Shown here: one piece after another, positions 36,551 through 55,351 of the stretch
Position numbering within the stretch: position 1 is the stretch's first letter
How the letters are laid out: each line of letters opens with the position of its first letter
Assembly: GCF_009914755.1 (NCBI RefSeq)
Contig: NC_060939.1
Source: the human T2T-CHM13v2.0 reference genome, Homo sapiens
DNA: 64,000 nucleotides
Strand: one strand, 5' to 3'
Program-made: the position numbers and the translations under genes
The notes under the pieces: generated by a model
What the model was told of the DNA's origin: nothing
The model's database searches: none
What the model saw: the letters and a program-made list of their open reading frames with translations, nothing else

Positions 36551-38226
36551 TGATTTAAATGCCAAATTTTATCTCCTAGACAGCTGCTAAAATCTCATCT
36601 CAGTTCTTTAGCCTCCTTCTTTTTCCTAGGTTTCTTGGAGTCTTGTCCTGTGGATACACAATTTACAAATCAGTCAAGGATTTGAGGAAAACTTATGTGA
36701 ACATTATGAATGTTTCCTTTGTGGCTTTCTCCTTTCTGGGATTCTCGCCCTCAATTTCCAATGCCTCTGGATCATTTCTCAAACTCTGATTTCTGTCTGT
36801 CTCACCAGCCTACTAAAGGTGCCACTCTCTGCTTCAGCTCAATTTCTCCAGACACTGCAGTAGGGGACAAGCTGATTTAAACGTGGACCTCACCCAGTGA
36901 GCTTTCCTTCTTCAAGAATAATATTCATTCTCATCTCTTCCTAACTTCAGCTGCCCTCCAGTGCCTTCACACAGTTGTCTTTTTATGTTTTGTTCAGAAT
37001 TTGTAATTGTTACTGGTAGAAGAATTAGTTCAATACAGGCTACTCCTTTAAAACATGAACTGGAACTGGATAAATGTTTTGAGTCAAGACACTTGAAATT
37101 AAGCCTAAAGATGAAGAAGTAAATTAAACAAGCACTATTAATATTTATGTGCTAATGAATTTGTTTCTGTTTGGTTCTTTAGATATTGGTAATGTTTAAT
37201 AGCATTTAGCATACTAGATTTGAGATTCTAACTTACAACGTGTAAATGAGTTTGGTTTAAACTTGTTATTAATGTTTAAATCTCACTTATTTGATAAACA
37301 ATAGAGGAATAATTAAAGGCATTTAAGACTCATCAATTTATATTTAACTTATTAAATTTGAAGTATTACTTAAAGACACTGGAAGGATCTCTTTGTTAAT
37401 GAGATAATTGAAATGCATAAAAAAGAAATTTATTATATTAAATTTTAAAATTCAGTTTGAAATAAAGCATTTAATTAAATTTGTAAATGGGACCAAAATT
37501 AATCCAAGCTCCTTATAAGCAATTATTAAATTTCTCTAGATGTATAAGGAGAATAAGAGCATGATTAATATTTTAAATTGAACTGCAGTTTTTGCATTTG
37601 TAGCTTTAATTTATTGAATAATTAATTTTAAACCAACATTCTAAATGAGTATTTATTGACATAGATTAAGTGCATGGGTTTGGAGTCTCTAAGACTTGGT
37701 TAAAATTGCTCCAGATCGCAATTTACTTAACATCTGTCATCCTCAATTTTTTAGCTGTAAAATGGGAGTAATGATAACTCCCTGAAATTATATGTCTCAA
37801 TAATTAATAACTCTAATAATGGTGATAACAATGATTAATGATAGCATATTTTTAAGGAGAGTTATTGAACATTGTGTATGGTATGATTCCATTTTTTGGT
37901 CAAAAAAAAAAAAAGATATGCAAGCATAGGTGTAAAAAAGTCTCCAGGAGTCTATCTAGGTGACTTTAAAAATTTTTCAATGTAATTCTCATTTCTAATT
38001 TTCTAACAGTGTATATCTATTATATCTATTTGCACTCACAAGTAGATATAATAGATGTACATCTATTATATCTATGCTAATAGATGTATGTATTCACATA
38101 TAAAAATTTTAGTTGTAGTTAATTATTTTGTGGGGTGGGATTATGAATAATTTTTACTGTATGTTCTTTAATTTTATTAATTTTCTTTGTTGGACAGATA
38201 TATAAGTAGAACAAACATACATCTGA

Positions 38227-38539
<313 letters not shown>

Positions 38540-38569
38540 CACCTGAGCATTTTAAAGTCATGAAAGGGA

Positions 38570-38860
38570 CTTTATTTATTTATTTTTTTACTTTTAATCC
38601 CACGTGAAGACCCTACCGCCAGGGTTGAGGGAGAAGGAAAGAAGTCATGCTCAGTATCGTCCATCATCACAGCCATCAGGTGGTTCAGAATCCTTGTGTG
38701 GTGGTGCTCAGTTGCAGCACCTTCACTGAATAAAGGACGCCCTAGTACTTGCCTTGAGGCTGGGTGCAGACTGACTCCCTGTATCTGCTTCCTTCCTGAC
38801 AGCCAACGCGCTCTTGCTTCACACTGTAAAGGAGGTGTATGTCTGGAGAGAAGTTTTTAA
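38570..38860 (-). pseudogene. Candidate short 5'-truncated retrocopy of an unidentified mRNA
   Basis: T-rich tail 38570-38590, ATTAAA on - (38593-38598), non-repeat-like body, degenerate flanking repeat GAAAGGGACTTTA / GAAAGAACTTTA. Confidence 0.4.
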
Positions 38861-39289
38861 GTAGGAAAGAACTTTAACTCCTTTCCTCTTCTTTGGCCAT
38901 CCCCTTTCACTTTCAACTCTCTCGTAGAGATTTTCATTACGCTTGAGGTCTCCTGAATCCCCCCTGAGAATAAATTTCCAAATCTGTCTCTTAAATTCCT
39001 TCCTCTTCCCAGGACCCCAACCAGAATATCCAAATATCCACCTGATGTTCCCATCTCAAATACAACAAATCACACACTGAGTTTCACAGCCTACAAACCA
39101 GATTTTCATTCTTTTTTTCTAATAATGGTTAACAGGACCTTCAGTTATTATTTTTATTTATTTATTTATTTTGAGATTAAGGTCTTGCTCTGGTGCCCAG
39201 GCTGGAGCGCAGTGGTGTGATCTTGGCTCACTGCTTTTATTGCTATGAAGTATTTTGGTAAAAATAAATAAATAAATAAATATTGTATG

Positions 39290-39860
39290 GGTTTTAATGA
39301 TGGTAAATAAGGTTTTCTCTAACTCCACAGATGATTATGTTGGCAAAGGCATCATGGATGATTATGTTGGCAAATGCATGGTGGTCAGGGAAGACAAACC
39401 AGCACCCTCAAATAGGTGTTTATTTCAATCAGGGCAAATTGATAAGTACAATATAACAAAATTGCTAGTGGGTGGTTGACTGGTCGCCCTAGGAAATGGT
39501 GTTCAGTCTTGGTTTTTGCTATTAGTTGCTCCAAGATAGATCCATAATTGCATTTGCTTGATGTGGACACCTTTAAGAGCCTCCTCTACAATGGATGCCC
39601 TCTGGTGAACATTTGCATGAGGCACACATGTCCCCACACTCTAGGCCTATTTCATATATCCATCCTCGTAACTCTTACCCAGACTTTATTGTCACCAATC
39701 TTACAATCTTGTTTTTACCAAGTTCCTAACCAGGTGGCCAAAGTGTTAGCCACTGCCTAAAACTCAAGGTAGATCTCTTCATTTACCAGGTCATTCTCCT
39801 TCCATCTGCAGTGGACAACCAGATGAATTACTCTCAGTTCTGTCTATGGGGCAATGGAAG
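39290..39860 (-). mobile_element. ERVL internal (pol RNase H/integrase region) remnant
   Basis: Minus strand ACAGAACTGAGAGTAATTCATCTGGTTGTCCAC resembles the ERVL AELRAVHLVVH motif; GCAGTGGCTAAC (AVAN) follows. Confidence 0.65.
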
Positions 39861-40099
39861 TTCCTCATAAGGGCACAGATTGAACTGAGGGAGGACCAGC
39901 ACTGTAGCTCAAGGTGGCAGATGTAACTTGCATGTGCCTTCCAGACCTACTTGAACCTGATCTCACAGATACCACCTCCATTTGATAAGTTTGTTTCTGC
40001 AGACACCAAACCTTAAGACTTAGAGGATCAGAGAACACTCACTTCATGGTGGGAAACTCAAGCCACATAGTCACTCAGCCTTATGGTAGAGTGGATACT

Positions 40100-40465
40100 G
40101 TGGTACTCAGCTCACATCTCCCAATCTAGGATTGAGAGGCTGCCACAGCTGAGCTTCCTGTGAAATTTCTCAAAGCTCACGGGAACAGCTTTGCCCGAGG
40201 TTACATGGTTCCCACATCTAATACCTGGTTGATATGGCAACACTGGCACCTGTTCCCTTTCAAGGCAGGACAACTCAATAGGGACATCCCAATTTGAGTT
40301 CCCTTTGTGAGCAGCTGAGGCCTCTGTTGCAACAATCACAGTTCACCTTCTTCCTCTGTCTCTCTTACTCTCTAATGGATTGTTGCTCCAAAACGCAGTC
40401 TCCAATATACCATCTGTCCATCAAACCCCATCTTACAATTGGCTTTCTGGAGAAACAACCAAATA
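40100..40465 (+). mobile_element. LTR16-type ERVL LTR
   Basis: GCTGAGGCCTCTGTTGCAAC...CACAGTTCACCTTCTTCCTCTG. Confidence 0.65.
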
Positions 40466-41782
40466 GTCAAATGTTCAGAATCTACAAAGTCCTTGAGGTA
40501 AACCAGGGTCTTCTTCTCAAAGTAAGATTAGTTGTCAGCTCAGGAAGGTATAGCTTTGCTTTAAAATACTATGGGACTATGCTAGGGTTCTCTTATTGGG
40601 ACTTCCCTGTTCCATACAGCCTTTTTCTTTACCACAGACCTCTGAGTACTGTTGGATCTGTTGGATCACAGTCCTGAGCCCCAGGCAGCATGGCCTGTGC
40701 CACACCTGGGCCCACTATAGAACCTGCTCTTGCTTTGGGCTTTACCTAAAGCTCAGTCTTAGCAAGTTACTTGTTAGATGGGTTGGAGCTTCACACCCAA
40801 TCTATAGCCTCTGAAATCCAAAGAAGCTCAGGAATGGTCCAGATAGTTCAATAAAACACATGTATTTTACAAATGTGTCTTATATACTGATGTCTACTAT
40901 ATGGCAGTGACTCTGGGAGATGCAGGAAAGAAATGAGAAATGGTTCAGCCTTTGAAGGATTTGGTCTAGTCAGTTATGCAGCAGTGTGAGCTGTGGCGAT
41001 GACACTTGGTGGACAGTGCCATATGGCGTTTATGTATGAAGTGCCATGAGACAGCAAGGAGAGAGTAATCATTCCTGCCCTGCCAGGCTGGGTAAGAGAA
41101 TTGGGTGATATCTGGTCATATTAAACTGTAAGCTGATCAGCTCAATAAACAACAAAATATCTTATTTATACCAAATATAAAAGGTGTTAAGACATTTCAT
41201 AACTCTGAGATTTAAGCTGTTCCCAAGTATGTAATTTATATATCAGATACAGTTTTTTCTTGGTTTGGATCCTAAAAATGGAACAGAATGACTTTCTGTT
41301 CATTTATAAAAGGAGAATTTTTTAAAAACCAGATAATTTCTGATTGCTCTTCAGAACAATGACAATATAATCCTCACCATTGTCACCTTCTGTTCACAGC
41401 CTGTCACTGAGTAGAGATAAACAACTACACACTTAATTATAAGTTATGTGCTAATTTGGGCACGCTAAGTATAATACTATTGGATGTATAATATTGGCAC
41501 CAAGTTTTGAGAGTTGAGTACAGCCTTTCTTTTGTCTTTTATTGCCAAATCAGATGCAAGATATTCAGGACACTCCAGCATTAATTCCTATTCACTATTT
41601 CTAATTATTTAAAAACTAAGATGTCATCTTGAAAATAAAGTAGGGAAATGTTCAGCTACTTGAGGGAACAATCTGTACACAACATCTTGTATACACTTAG
41701 GTCAAATACAAGACTGAATAATTTATATTTTCCTAGTGACAGCAAAGACTATTTTGGACTTTCTTTACAAAAAAGGAATTCT

Positions 41783-42154
<372 letters not shown>

Positions 42155-42237
42155 TCATAATCTCATAGCTAACGTCTTAGGTTTAGTGTGTATGTGAAGT
42201 AATGGTGGTGGCTAACAATAGTGGGTGTAAATAATGT

Positions 42238-42622
42238 ATAGACATGCACTGCATAACAAGGTGTCAGTCAACAGCACACCACATCAATGACCATGGCCCC
42301 AAAAGACTATAATGCAGCTGCCCTATACAGGTGTACCATTTTTTTCTTTCATACTGTATATTTACTGTACCATTTCTATGTTTAGAGGTGTTTAGATACA
42401 CAGACACCATTGTGTTACAGTTGCCTGTGGTATTCAGCACAGTCGCGTGCCGTACGGGTTTGTAGCCTGGAAATGATGGGTTATACCACGTAGCCTAGGT
42501 GCGTAGTGAGCTAGCCCATCTACGTTTGTGTAACTACACTCTATGATGTTCACACAACAACAAAATCGCCAAATAACGCATTTCTCAGAACGTATCCCCA
42601 TCCTTAAGCAAGGCATCACTGT
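42238..42622. mobile_element. Tigger3-type (TcMar-Tigger) non-autonomous element
   Basis: GCTGCCCTATACAGGTGTACC...CGCATTTCTCAGAACGTATCCCC...TTAAGC. Confidence 0.8.
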
Positions 42623-42624
42623 GT

Positions 42625-42900
42625 CTCCAGTAGTCTTCTTGATAAGTTCAAGTCTTGTTAGCTGACCTTTTGACAGACCTCGTTATTGGATGGTTGCTGT
42701 TTGTAACCTTGCAAATAGGCAGGAGATGTGTCAGGTTTGCCCTTCTCTTGTTGCGCACTTGTGCTTGTTTTTTTAGTGTCATCTTTGATCCAAGGTCCCT
42801 TTGAAGGTCCAATTTTATAACATTTGTCCATCTTGGGAGGGTTGCTTAGGTTAACAGATGATTTAGTCTGTAAATCCATGTAACTTACTGCCTGCAAACT
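42625..42900 (-). mobile_element. hAT-Charlie transposase 5' remnant
   Basis: ORF 42658-42897 contains MDKCYKIGPSKGPWIKDDTKKTSTSAQQEKG.PDTS, resembling the Charlie transposase N-terminus (recall). Confidence 0.5.
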
Positions 42901-43089
42901 TCAGTGCTTTGCCATGAGCTGAAAGAGAGGAAAATCTCAAGGGCACCATCACGTTGGCCACTCAGAGTTGTGGAGCCCCCTTTGGCCCCTCAGCTTCCTG
43001 GGGTTCCCATGAATAACACATGGTTGTCACATGTTGGGGTGAGAGCACTAGTGTCAATCTGTTTACTGCAAAATTGAGCAGGGGCAAAA

Positions 43090-43610
43090 ATCCATTCAAA
43101 CTGCAAGACAGACCAGTGGGTTTTAACATGACTGCGTACTGAAACTTTATTGATATGGTTTCAGATTCTACCCTGCAACTAACCTTACAAAGCGGCCACA
43201 ATGATCTATAAAGGCTACTGAAATATTCCTCCCCTCTCCAATTCCACGTCCGTGTGAGCTTGGATTATCTTCATATATTTCTGCCAAACAGCCTTTCACA
43301 GCAAATTAAATGCCAAAGCAGATATAAGAATCTGGCTGTCTTCTATCTGGCCAGACACTAAGAAGATTTGTAAAGTAATGATTTAGTTTTCTCACTAAAA
43401 TTTTTTTGTGTCTTGAGAAATACAGTCATTTCTAATAAAATGAATGTTTCTATGTTAAAATGGGGTCCTTGTTATTTTAAAGCAAATAAATATTTTTAAC
43501 AATCCTCAGATTAAATTTTTAATATCTATGTTATTGTTAGAGGTAATCTTCATAAATAAAAGCTCTTAGGATTTTCAATAATTATGCAGACACCAAAAGG
43601 TGGAGAAAAT
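43090..43610 (+). mobile_element. Charlie1-type (hAT) 3' portion
   Basis: TTTATTGATATGGTTTCAGATTCTAC...GCAGATATAAGAATC...GCTGTCTTCTAT. Confidence 0.75.
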
Positions 43611-43699
43611 GAATGTATAACAGTGACATCAACAATATGGATAAATTTTATTAACATAATAAGGATTAAAAATAAGTTTTGGAGGACTACTATGATGTC

Positions 43700-44990
<1,291 letters not shown>

Positions 44991-45673
44991 TGTAAATATT
45001 CTGTATGTGATGTGAAGGATGTGTGCTTTGCAGATTGTTGTCGCAGGTCTGTAAGCGTGCATTACATCAAGTGAGTTACTGATGTGTTCGAATCTCTATC
45101 CCTTATTGGTTTTTTTTGTTTGTCCCATTAGTGAGATGAGTATATTAAAATCTTCCATTGTTGCTAGGATTTGTCTGTTTATCTTTGTAGTTTTCTGTTC
45201 ACATTTGCTTTACACATTAGAAGACCACATTATTAATGCAGCTTGCCATCTCAGTAAACAGGAAGCCCCTACTCGGCCTGATGACATGCCTGTAACCCAG
45301 GTGTCATGAAGCTTTCCCTTTAATTTCCCTTTATAATTCTGCTTATCTTACTTTATAAAAGAAAGGCGTCTCACTTACCCATTTAACTTCTTACTATGTC
45401 TCTGCCTCTGGAGCACCAAAGAAAGGTACACTGACGTGTTCATTAATGGGAATCAAGGCACCATAAACTGAAGGCATGGCTTTTCATCGTCTAGACATCT
45501 AGGTGTTAAGGGCACAGCATGGCATTAGATCATCATGGGATTTTTGAGATATATCTCAGAAGAAAATTTTAAAAAGTTGAATGACATTGCATAACAAAAT
45601 TCCTTCCATTTCTACTCACTGATATATATATATAAACATATATATTTTTGATAAACATATATACATATATACT

Positions 45674-45976
<303 letters not shown>

Positions 45977-46493
45977 TTGGTAAACACATTTTCTAAGTAT
46001 TAATATATACAGAAATAAAAATTGGAATGGGATTTATTCTGAACCCTGTCTCATTTTAATAATCAGTGATATTTTCCGTACATATATGAACTAACTGAAA
46101 AACAAAAGCCTATTTCATTAAGGAATATGTGTATAATTTAATACAATTTAAACGTGATATAGTTAATGTAATTCAACATTTTATACCTAATAAAAAATTT
46201 ATAACTTGATGTTTTGTTTAATTTTATACAGATGATACTTGCAATGATAACTCAATCTGGATTTTTTTTAATGTTTAGAATCATATGAAATTTTAAAATT
46301 AAAATAAATTTCCCATATTTTAGTTATACATAAGGATAATATGGTAATCAATTTAAAAAACTTTGAAACATAAAGATATATTTTTATGTAAAATTTTGAA
46401 TTGAAGGAGGAAAAAAGATGTAACATTTTTGACTGTTAAGGATAAGCTAGCTCATGTATGTTTTAAATAGATAATGGAAATCAAATTACATAG

Positions 46494-46868
<375 letters not shown>

Positions 46869-47309
46869 TAAAAATGTCAACTCCCATGACAGACAACAAA
46901 CAATTTAGAACGAAAAATTTTAGAGGGCAACTGCTATAATGTGTGAAATTCTTGTGGGGTATATTCGAGAAGGACAATGTGAAGACCCCACCTCCTGCTT
47001 TTGGGCAATCACGTGTCCAGCCAGACACTAGATGAACTACGAATTTCCTGAGAAGAAATTTCCTCTCTTGGTAAGTGTTTCAGTATCCAGAACACTTAAC
47101 CATCTTGGAATTCTTCCTAATACTCACCTTTATATCTAGGGGAAGGTAAAGAAGTGGGGCCCCCCCACACAGCAGTGAGTGCCAGAGCTGGAAGTATTCA
47201 GAAGATAGAATGGTGGACCATGCTCCCTTTCAGAGCCAGCAACTGATAACCCATCTCATTCTGGTTGGAAAGAATAAGGAAAGAAGAAAGGATAGACAGA
47301 AACACAGGT

Positions 47310-47690
47310 AGACATACCTATTTATGAAGTGCCTTCTGTGTTCAGGGATCTGAACAGCTGCGTGCATGTATGTTATTTGATTTTCATAACACTGCCTCCT
47401 ACAGATGAAGAAATGGAGCCTCAGGAAGATGACACGGCTTGTCCAAGTTTATACGGTTTGTCAGTGGTGCAGTTGGGATCCCAGGTTTGTCTGACTTGGC
47501 TATAACCACCGCCTTAGAGTCGGAAGATATGTGTGCCCTGGGGCAAATTACTTAACTTCTCTGAGCTCAGGTTTCCTCATCTGTAAAATGGGGCATTACT
47601 AGCTATTTTGCAGGGTGGTAGTTAAAAGCTAGCGAGTTAATGTGTGGATGTACTCAAATTCCTAGCACCGGGCCTGGTGCACAGAAGGCC
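47310..47690. mobile_element. Two MIR fragments in opposite orientation
   Basis: ACAGATGAAGAAATGGAGCCTCAG and CTCAGGTTTCCTCATCTGTAAAATGGG cores. Confidence 0.8.
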
Positions 47691-48034
47691 CTGAAGTTAG
47701 AAGAGTTGACTATTCAGGCACAGAGTCGGGTATTCTGGCACCAAACTTCTGCCAGCAAAGTGATCGCTGGTGTTTGGGGCACAAAGCTTTGGGAGTAGAG
47801 CTGTCACTTAATGGTGACAAAGTGAGTAGTGGCTCACGTTAAATTTTAAGATAAAGCACCTAAAACTTTGGACATTGACTTGGGGTTGCCTTAAGAGATC
47901 CAAGGCTAGTGCCCATCCACTGCATTCCCTCCTAGCCAAGAATGTCTCGCCCTTCGCATGTTAAAACTAAACAATGTAGCCCGCGGAGCCCATTCAATGC
48001 TCTGCAGTCAAGGATTAAAAACTCATGCTGCCTA

Positions 48035-48316
<282 letters not shown>

Positions 48317-48406
48317 TCATGCTGCCTCGCCCTTGCGGGGCAGAACCTACAAAAGTCACCATGCCTCTGATGTTCATTTTCACTTTTTTTATGTTACGAA
48401 GCAGGA

Positions 48407-48408
<2 letters not shown>

Positions 48409-48438
<30 letters not shown>
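48409..48438. repeat. (TG)n microsatellite
   Basis: Direct reading. Confidence 0.95.
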
Positions 48439-48441
<3 letters not shown>

Positions 48442-48536
48442 CGGATCCAGATCTAAAATTGTCACTGAAAGGACGAACTCATCAAAGAAGTCCATGTGTA
48501 GCTGCAAGTAGCTTTCTGGAACTATTGGTGTTGTTT

Positions 48537-48555
48537 GCGCGCCCCCTGGCGGCCA
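48537..48555 (-). promoter_or_regulatory. CTCF core motif
   Basis: Minus strand TGGCCGCCAGGGGGCGCGC fits the consensus CCRSYAGRKGGCRS; CpGs retained; non-repeat context. Confidence 0.8.
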
Positions 48556-48658
48556 ATGGCCTTCCTTGTCAAGGAGGTTGGCACAGATCATCAGTTTCTT
48601 AACCGTGGTGGCACGTGAGGAATTACCTGGAAATTCTGATTTAAAAGCTCTACTGATA

Positions 48659-48943
<285 letters not shown>

Positions 48944-49041
48944 GTCTACTGCTGGGATAGACATTAGTATTATTTTTTTAAAAGAAATTTCACAGGTGAT
49001 TTAATGTGCAGACAGGGATAACCACTGCTAGGGGGATTTCA

Positions 49042-49630
<589 letters not shown>

Positions 49631-50974
49631 GCTGATGCACTGACACAGCTAGTTGCCTCAAGTCTCCTTGCTCTTGTCAGGCAAGTGGCCCACGAAGTTG
49701 GAGGTAGGCCTTCTTTTATATGGCTCTGGCCTCCTGCCCAAGTGGACAATCGGATCCCTGGATGACTGACGATGATTGCCTGTTAATTCCATCAGGGTAA
49801 TGTGAAAACATTAAAAGGAGGAAAGTGTTGCTCCTGAGGGCAGCAAAAGATGTGTGCGTGAAGGTCGAGGAGGAAGACAAGATGGAGCGCTGAACATCAA
49901 AGAAATGCAACTTTAAACAAAAAGGAGCCATGTCTCGTCAGGCCAATTGGCAAAGGCGTATAATACATAGTGCTTGATGAGAATGGAGATTCTTCTCTCT
50001 GATCCAGCAAATTCACTGTTAGGAAGTCCCCCTGGAGAATGATGGGCATAGATAAGTGGAGAGTCTAGCAGAGAAAGGGAGTATGGCTGAGCTTAAAGAA
50101 CAGGATCATAACCCCTTTGGGAGGAGAGGTTTGTTTTAAAGAGGAAGAGTAAGTATTGTGTGGGACGTTGTCTCAGTGGCTGAATTACCATTGATCGCTC
50201 CATGTGGGATTACATAAAAGAAGATTCATGTGTAGAAAAATTTCCATATAACAACCTCTCTTATCCTTTTAATTTCAACTGAATTTGACATACCTATTGA
50301 GTACCTGCTGTTGCAAGGCTTAGGTGGGTGTGAAGAACTGCATTATCATGAGGGATGGGTGACATGCCTGGCTCCCTGTCCTCCAGGAATGTAGGCTAGA
50401 GGCGAAGGCTGACAAGCGACAAATTGAAATGCAGTAATTATAATAAAATAAATATTATATTATAGGTATAAGAATGTGTGTTTAAAGTGTTATGAGAAGA
50501 GAGGTAAAACATTTTTCAAATTGTAATTGAAGAAACGAGTCTGAGGAAGATTCCCAGAGGAAATAACATTTGAACAAAATTTTGAAGAAACAATTGGATT
50601 TCACTAGATTTGGCATAGGAGTATTGGAGGGGAGAAGGCCCTTCTGCTTTAAGGAGAGTTGCATGAGGCTTTATTTATTTAATAAGGCTTTACTGAGCAC
50701 ATTGATAAATGCTGTGTGGGATACAGAAGGAAGAGAACTTTCTACCTTGGAAAGGAGACAAAACACACCACAAGCAGAACAAAAGCCATGATATTACATT
50801 ATATTGTGTAATTAGGTGTCAATGTTGTCAGCAAGATCTAGAGATGAGGCCATTGCTTCAAATATTTGCAGCGCAGTGGACAGAAGCCTGCTGAGGGCAA
50901 AGGGAGAAATGGGAGGTACATTCTTACCATCACCTTTCCACAAACTTCTGGATTAAAAAATATTATTGTTTCTT

Positions 50975-51246
50975 TTGACAATTTTTTATTTCAATAGTTT
51001 TTGGAGTATAGGTGTTTTTTGGTTATGTGGATAGGTTCTTTCATGGTGAATTCTGAGGTTTTAGTGCACCCATCACCCGAGCAGTGTACACTGTACCCAA
51101 TATGTAGTCTTTTGTCCCTCACCCCCCTCCCAACCTTCCTCCTGCATCCCCAAAGTCCATATATCATTCTTATACCATTGCATCCTCACAGCTTAGCTCC
51201 CACATATAAGTGAAAACATATGATATTTGGTTTTCAATTTCTGAGT
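50975..51246 (-). mobile_element. 5'-truncated L1PB-type 3' end
   Basis: GTGCACCCATCACCCGAGCAGTGTACACTG; 22-bp TSD 50953-50974 / 51247-51268 (1 mismatch). Confidence 0.88.
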
Positions 51247-51699
51247 TTAAAAAGTATTATTGTTTCTTAATGTGACATGAACCATACCCGAAAACACTTT
51301 GGCAAAAAACTCAAGCATAAAGGGGGGAAAAAAAGCCTCCCTCACCACCCCAACTCCCCCGTAATCCCGCATGTCTCCTGAGATGTAACTGTTATCGCCA
51401 CTTTGGTGTGGATTCTCCCAGAATGTTATCGATGTATTTATACATAAATACAAATATGTAAATACATAAACATATAGTTTTTGGGTTGCTGTGTGTTTTA
51501 TATAAATGGTAAATTCGGAACATTTTCTATAGCTTTTTTTTCACTCCAAGGTATTTGGGGAACTTTACATGTCAGTTCATTTAGATATACCTCAGTATTT
51601 TAAACTTGTATTCCATGGCATGGTGCATCTCAGTCACTGAACTATTTCCAGTTGATAATATGGGCAGTTGATAAAATTTATACTTGATTTGTGCATCAG

Positions 51700-53340
<1,641 letters not shown>

Positions 53341-53341
53341 G

Positions 53342-54242
53342 CAGTATTCCATGCTTTCACTTTCCGAGGTTTTAGTTACTCACGGTATAGTAAAATAAGA
53401 TATTTTAGGGGTACAAAAAATAATTGGAACGAATAAGATCTAGTATTTGCTAGTATAACAGAGTGACTATAGTAAAAAATAATTGTACATTTTAAAATAA
53501 CTAAAAGAGTGTAATTGGTTTGCAACACAAAAGATAAATGTTTGAGATGAAGGTAAATAATTGCATTTAACCTGATGCGATTATTATACATTGCATGTAT
53601 TAAAATATCTCACGCACCCCGTAAATATATACTCCTACTGTGTACCCAAAAAATTAAAAATAAATTAAAAAATTTAAAAAAGGACTGCGCATGGTGGCTC
53701 ATGCCTGTAATCCCAGCACTTTGGGAGGCCGAGGCGGGTGGAGCACCTGAGGTCAGGACTCAAGACCAGCCTGGTCGACATGGAGAAACCCTGTCTCTCC
53801 TAAAAATACAAAAATAAGCCGGGCATGGTGGCAGTTGCCTGTAATCCAAGCTACTTGGGAGGCTGAGGCAGGGAGAATTGCTTGAACCCAGGAGGCACAA
53901 GTTGCAGTGAGCCAAGATCATACCACTGTACTCCAGCCTGGGTGACAGAGTGAGGCTCTGTCTCAAAATAAATAAATAAATAAATAAAAATTAAAAAAAG
54001 ATATTTTGGGAGAGAGATCACATTTATATGCCTTTTATTACAGAATATTGTTATAATTGTTTCATTTTACTATTAGTTACTGTTGTTAATCTCTTACTGT
54101 GCCTAAGTTATAAGTTAAACTTTATCATAGGTATGTGTGAATAGCAAAAACATAGAATATATGGGGTTTGGTACTATCCATGGTTTCAGGCATGTACTGG
54201 GGGTCTTGGAACACACCCCCTGTGGATAAGGGGGGACTACTG
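53342..54242 (+). mobile_element. MER44A-type (Tigger) element split by an L1MA 3' fragment (53407-53680) and an Alu (53682-53999)
   Basis: End GGATAAGGGGGGACTACTG; TSD AAGATATTTT 53397-53406 / 53998-54007. Confidence 0.82.
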
Positions 54243-55011
54243 TACTCAGGTTAATTTTATTCAAGTGAGAAAAAATGGTTCAACTGTAAGTATATTCTCA
54301 GGGTGTTTTGATGACATCCATACAGAAGGATAAGTCTCCCTCATGAAACGTTAATGAAAAGGCTCATGGGACCCTACTTCTCCAACATCTGGTGTCTTTG
54401 GGGGAAGAACAGGGCCATAGAAAGCTTTGGGTGTAGACTCTAAAGACTGAGGTTGCAACCTCAGAATTTCAAAATAGTTTAGTATCAGACAACCTGACAT
54501 TCCTATCCATGTTTTAGCCATCGTGTACCATAAAACGATTTGACCCTCTTCGACGTCCATCCATCATGTGCCAGCCAGCCACAGGGTGAGTTTTGTTGAC
54601 CCTCACAAGTGCCACAATTCACTAAGGTGTACAGAAGCCATGTAGTGGAGTAGCGCTGAAGTTGGAGTCTCAAATTTGTACTCTCTTGGATGGTAAATAT
54701 ACATCTTCAGGCACATTTAAAAAACAACATGTTGTTATTTAGAAGTTGTTAAAAAATAACATCGAAGGCCATAGCATGGTGTGGGACCGTCCCCTTTCCA
54801 AAAGAATCCATTAAAACCCTATCAATTCATGTATCCATGTATCCCATTCAGCCCTTTTGAGCAGAGGCAGACAGCTTATTTTACGTAGTATAAAGATTAG
54901 GGAGGGTGATCTAGGAGCTAAAATATGGAGAGAGTCCTTCCTTAGACAGAGTGGTAGAATTTGGTATTGGGAAATTTCTGAACTGATAATCCAATCAAAA
55001 TCAGATGCATT

Positions 55012-55351
<340 letters not shown>

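Noticed and set aside
38645-38680. Box C (TGATGA) and box D (CTGA) on the minus strand suggesting a snoRNA
   Set aside because: The boxes are only ~10 nt apart, with no terminal stem or recognisable guide
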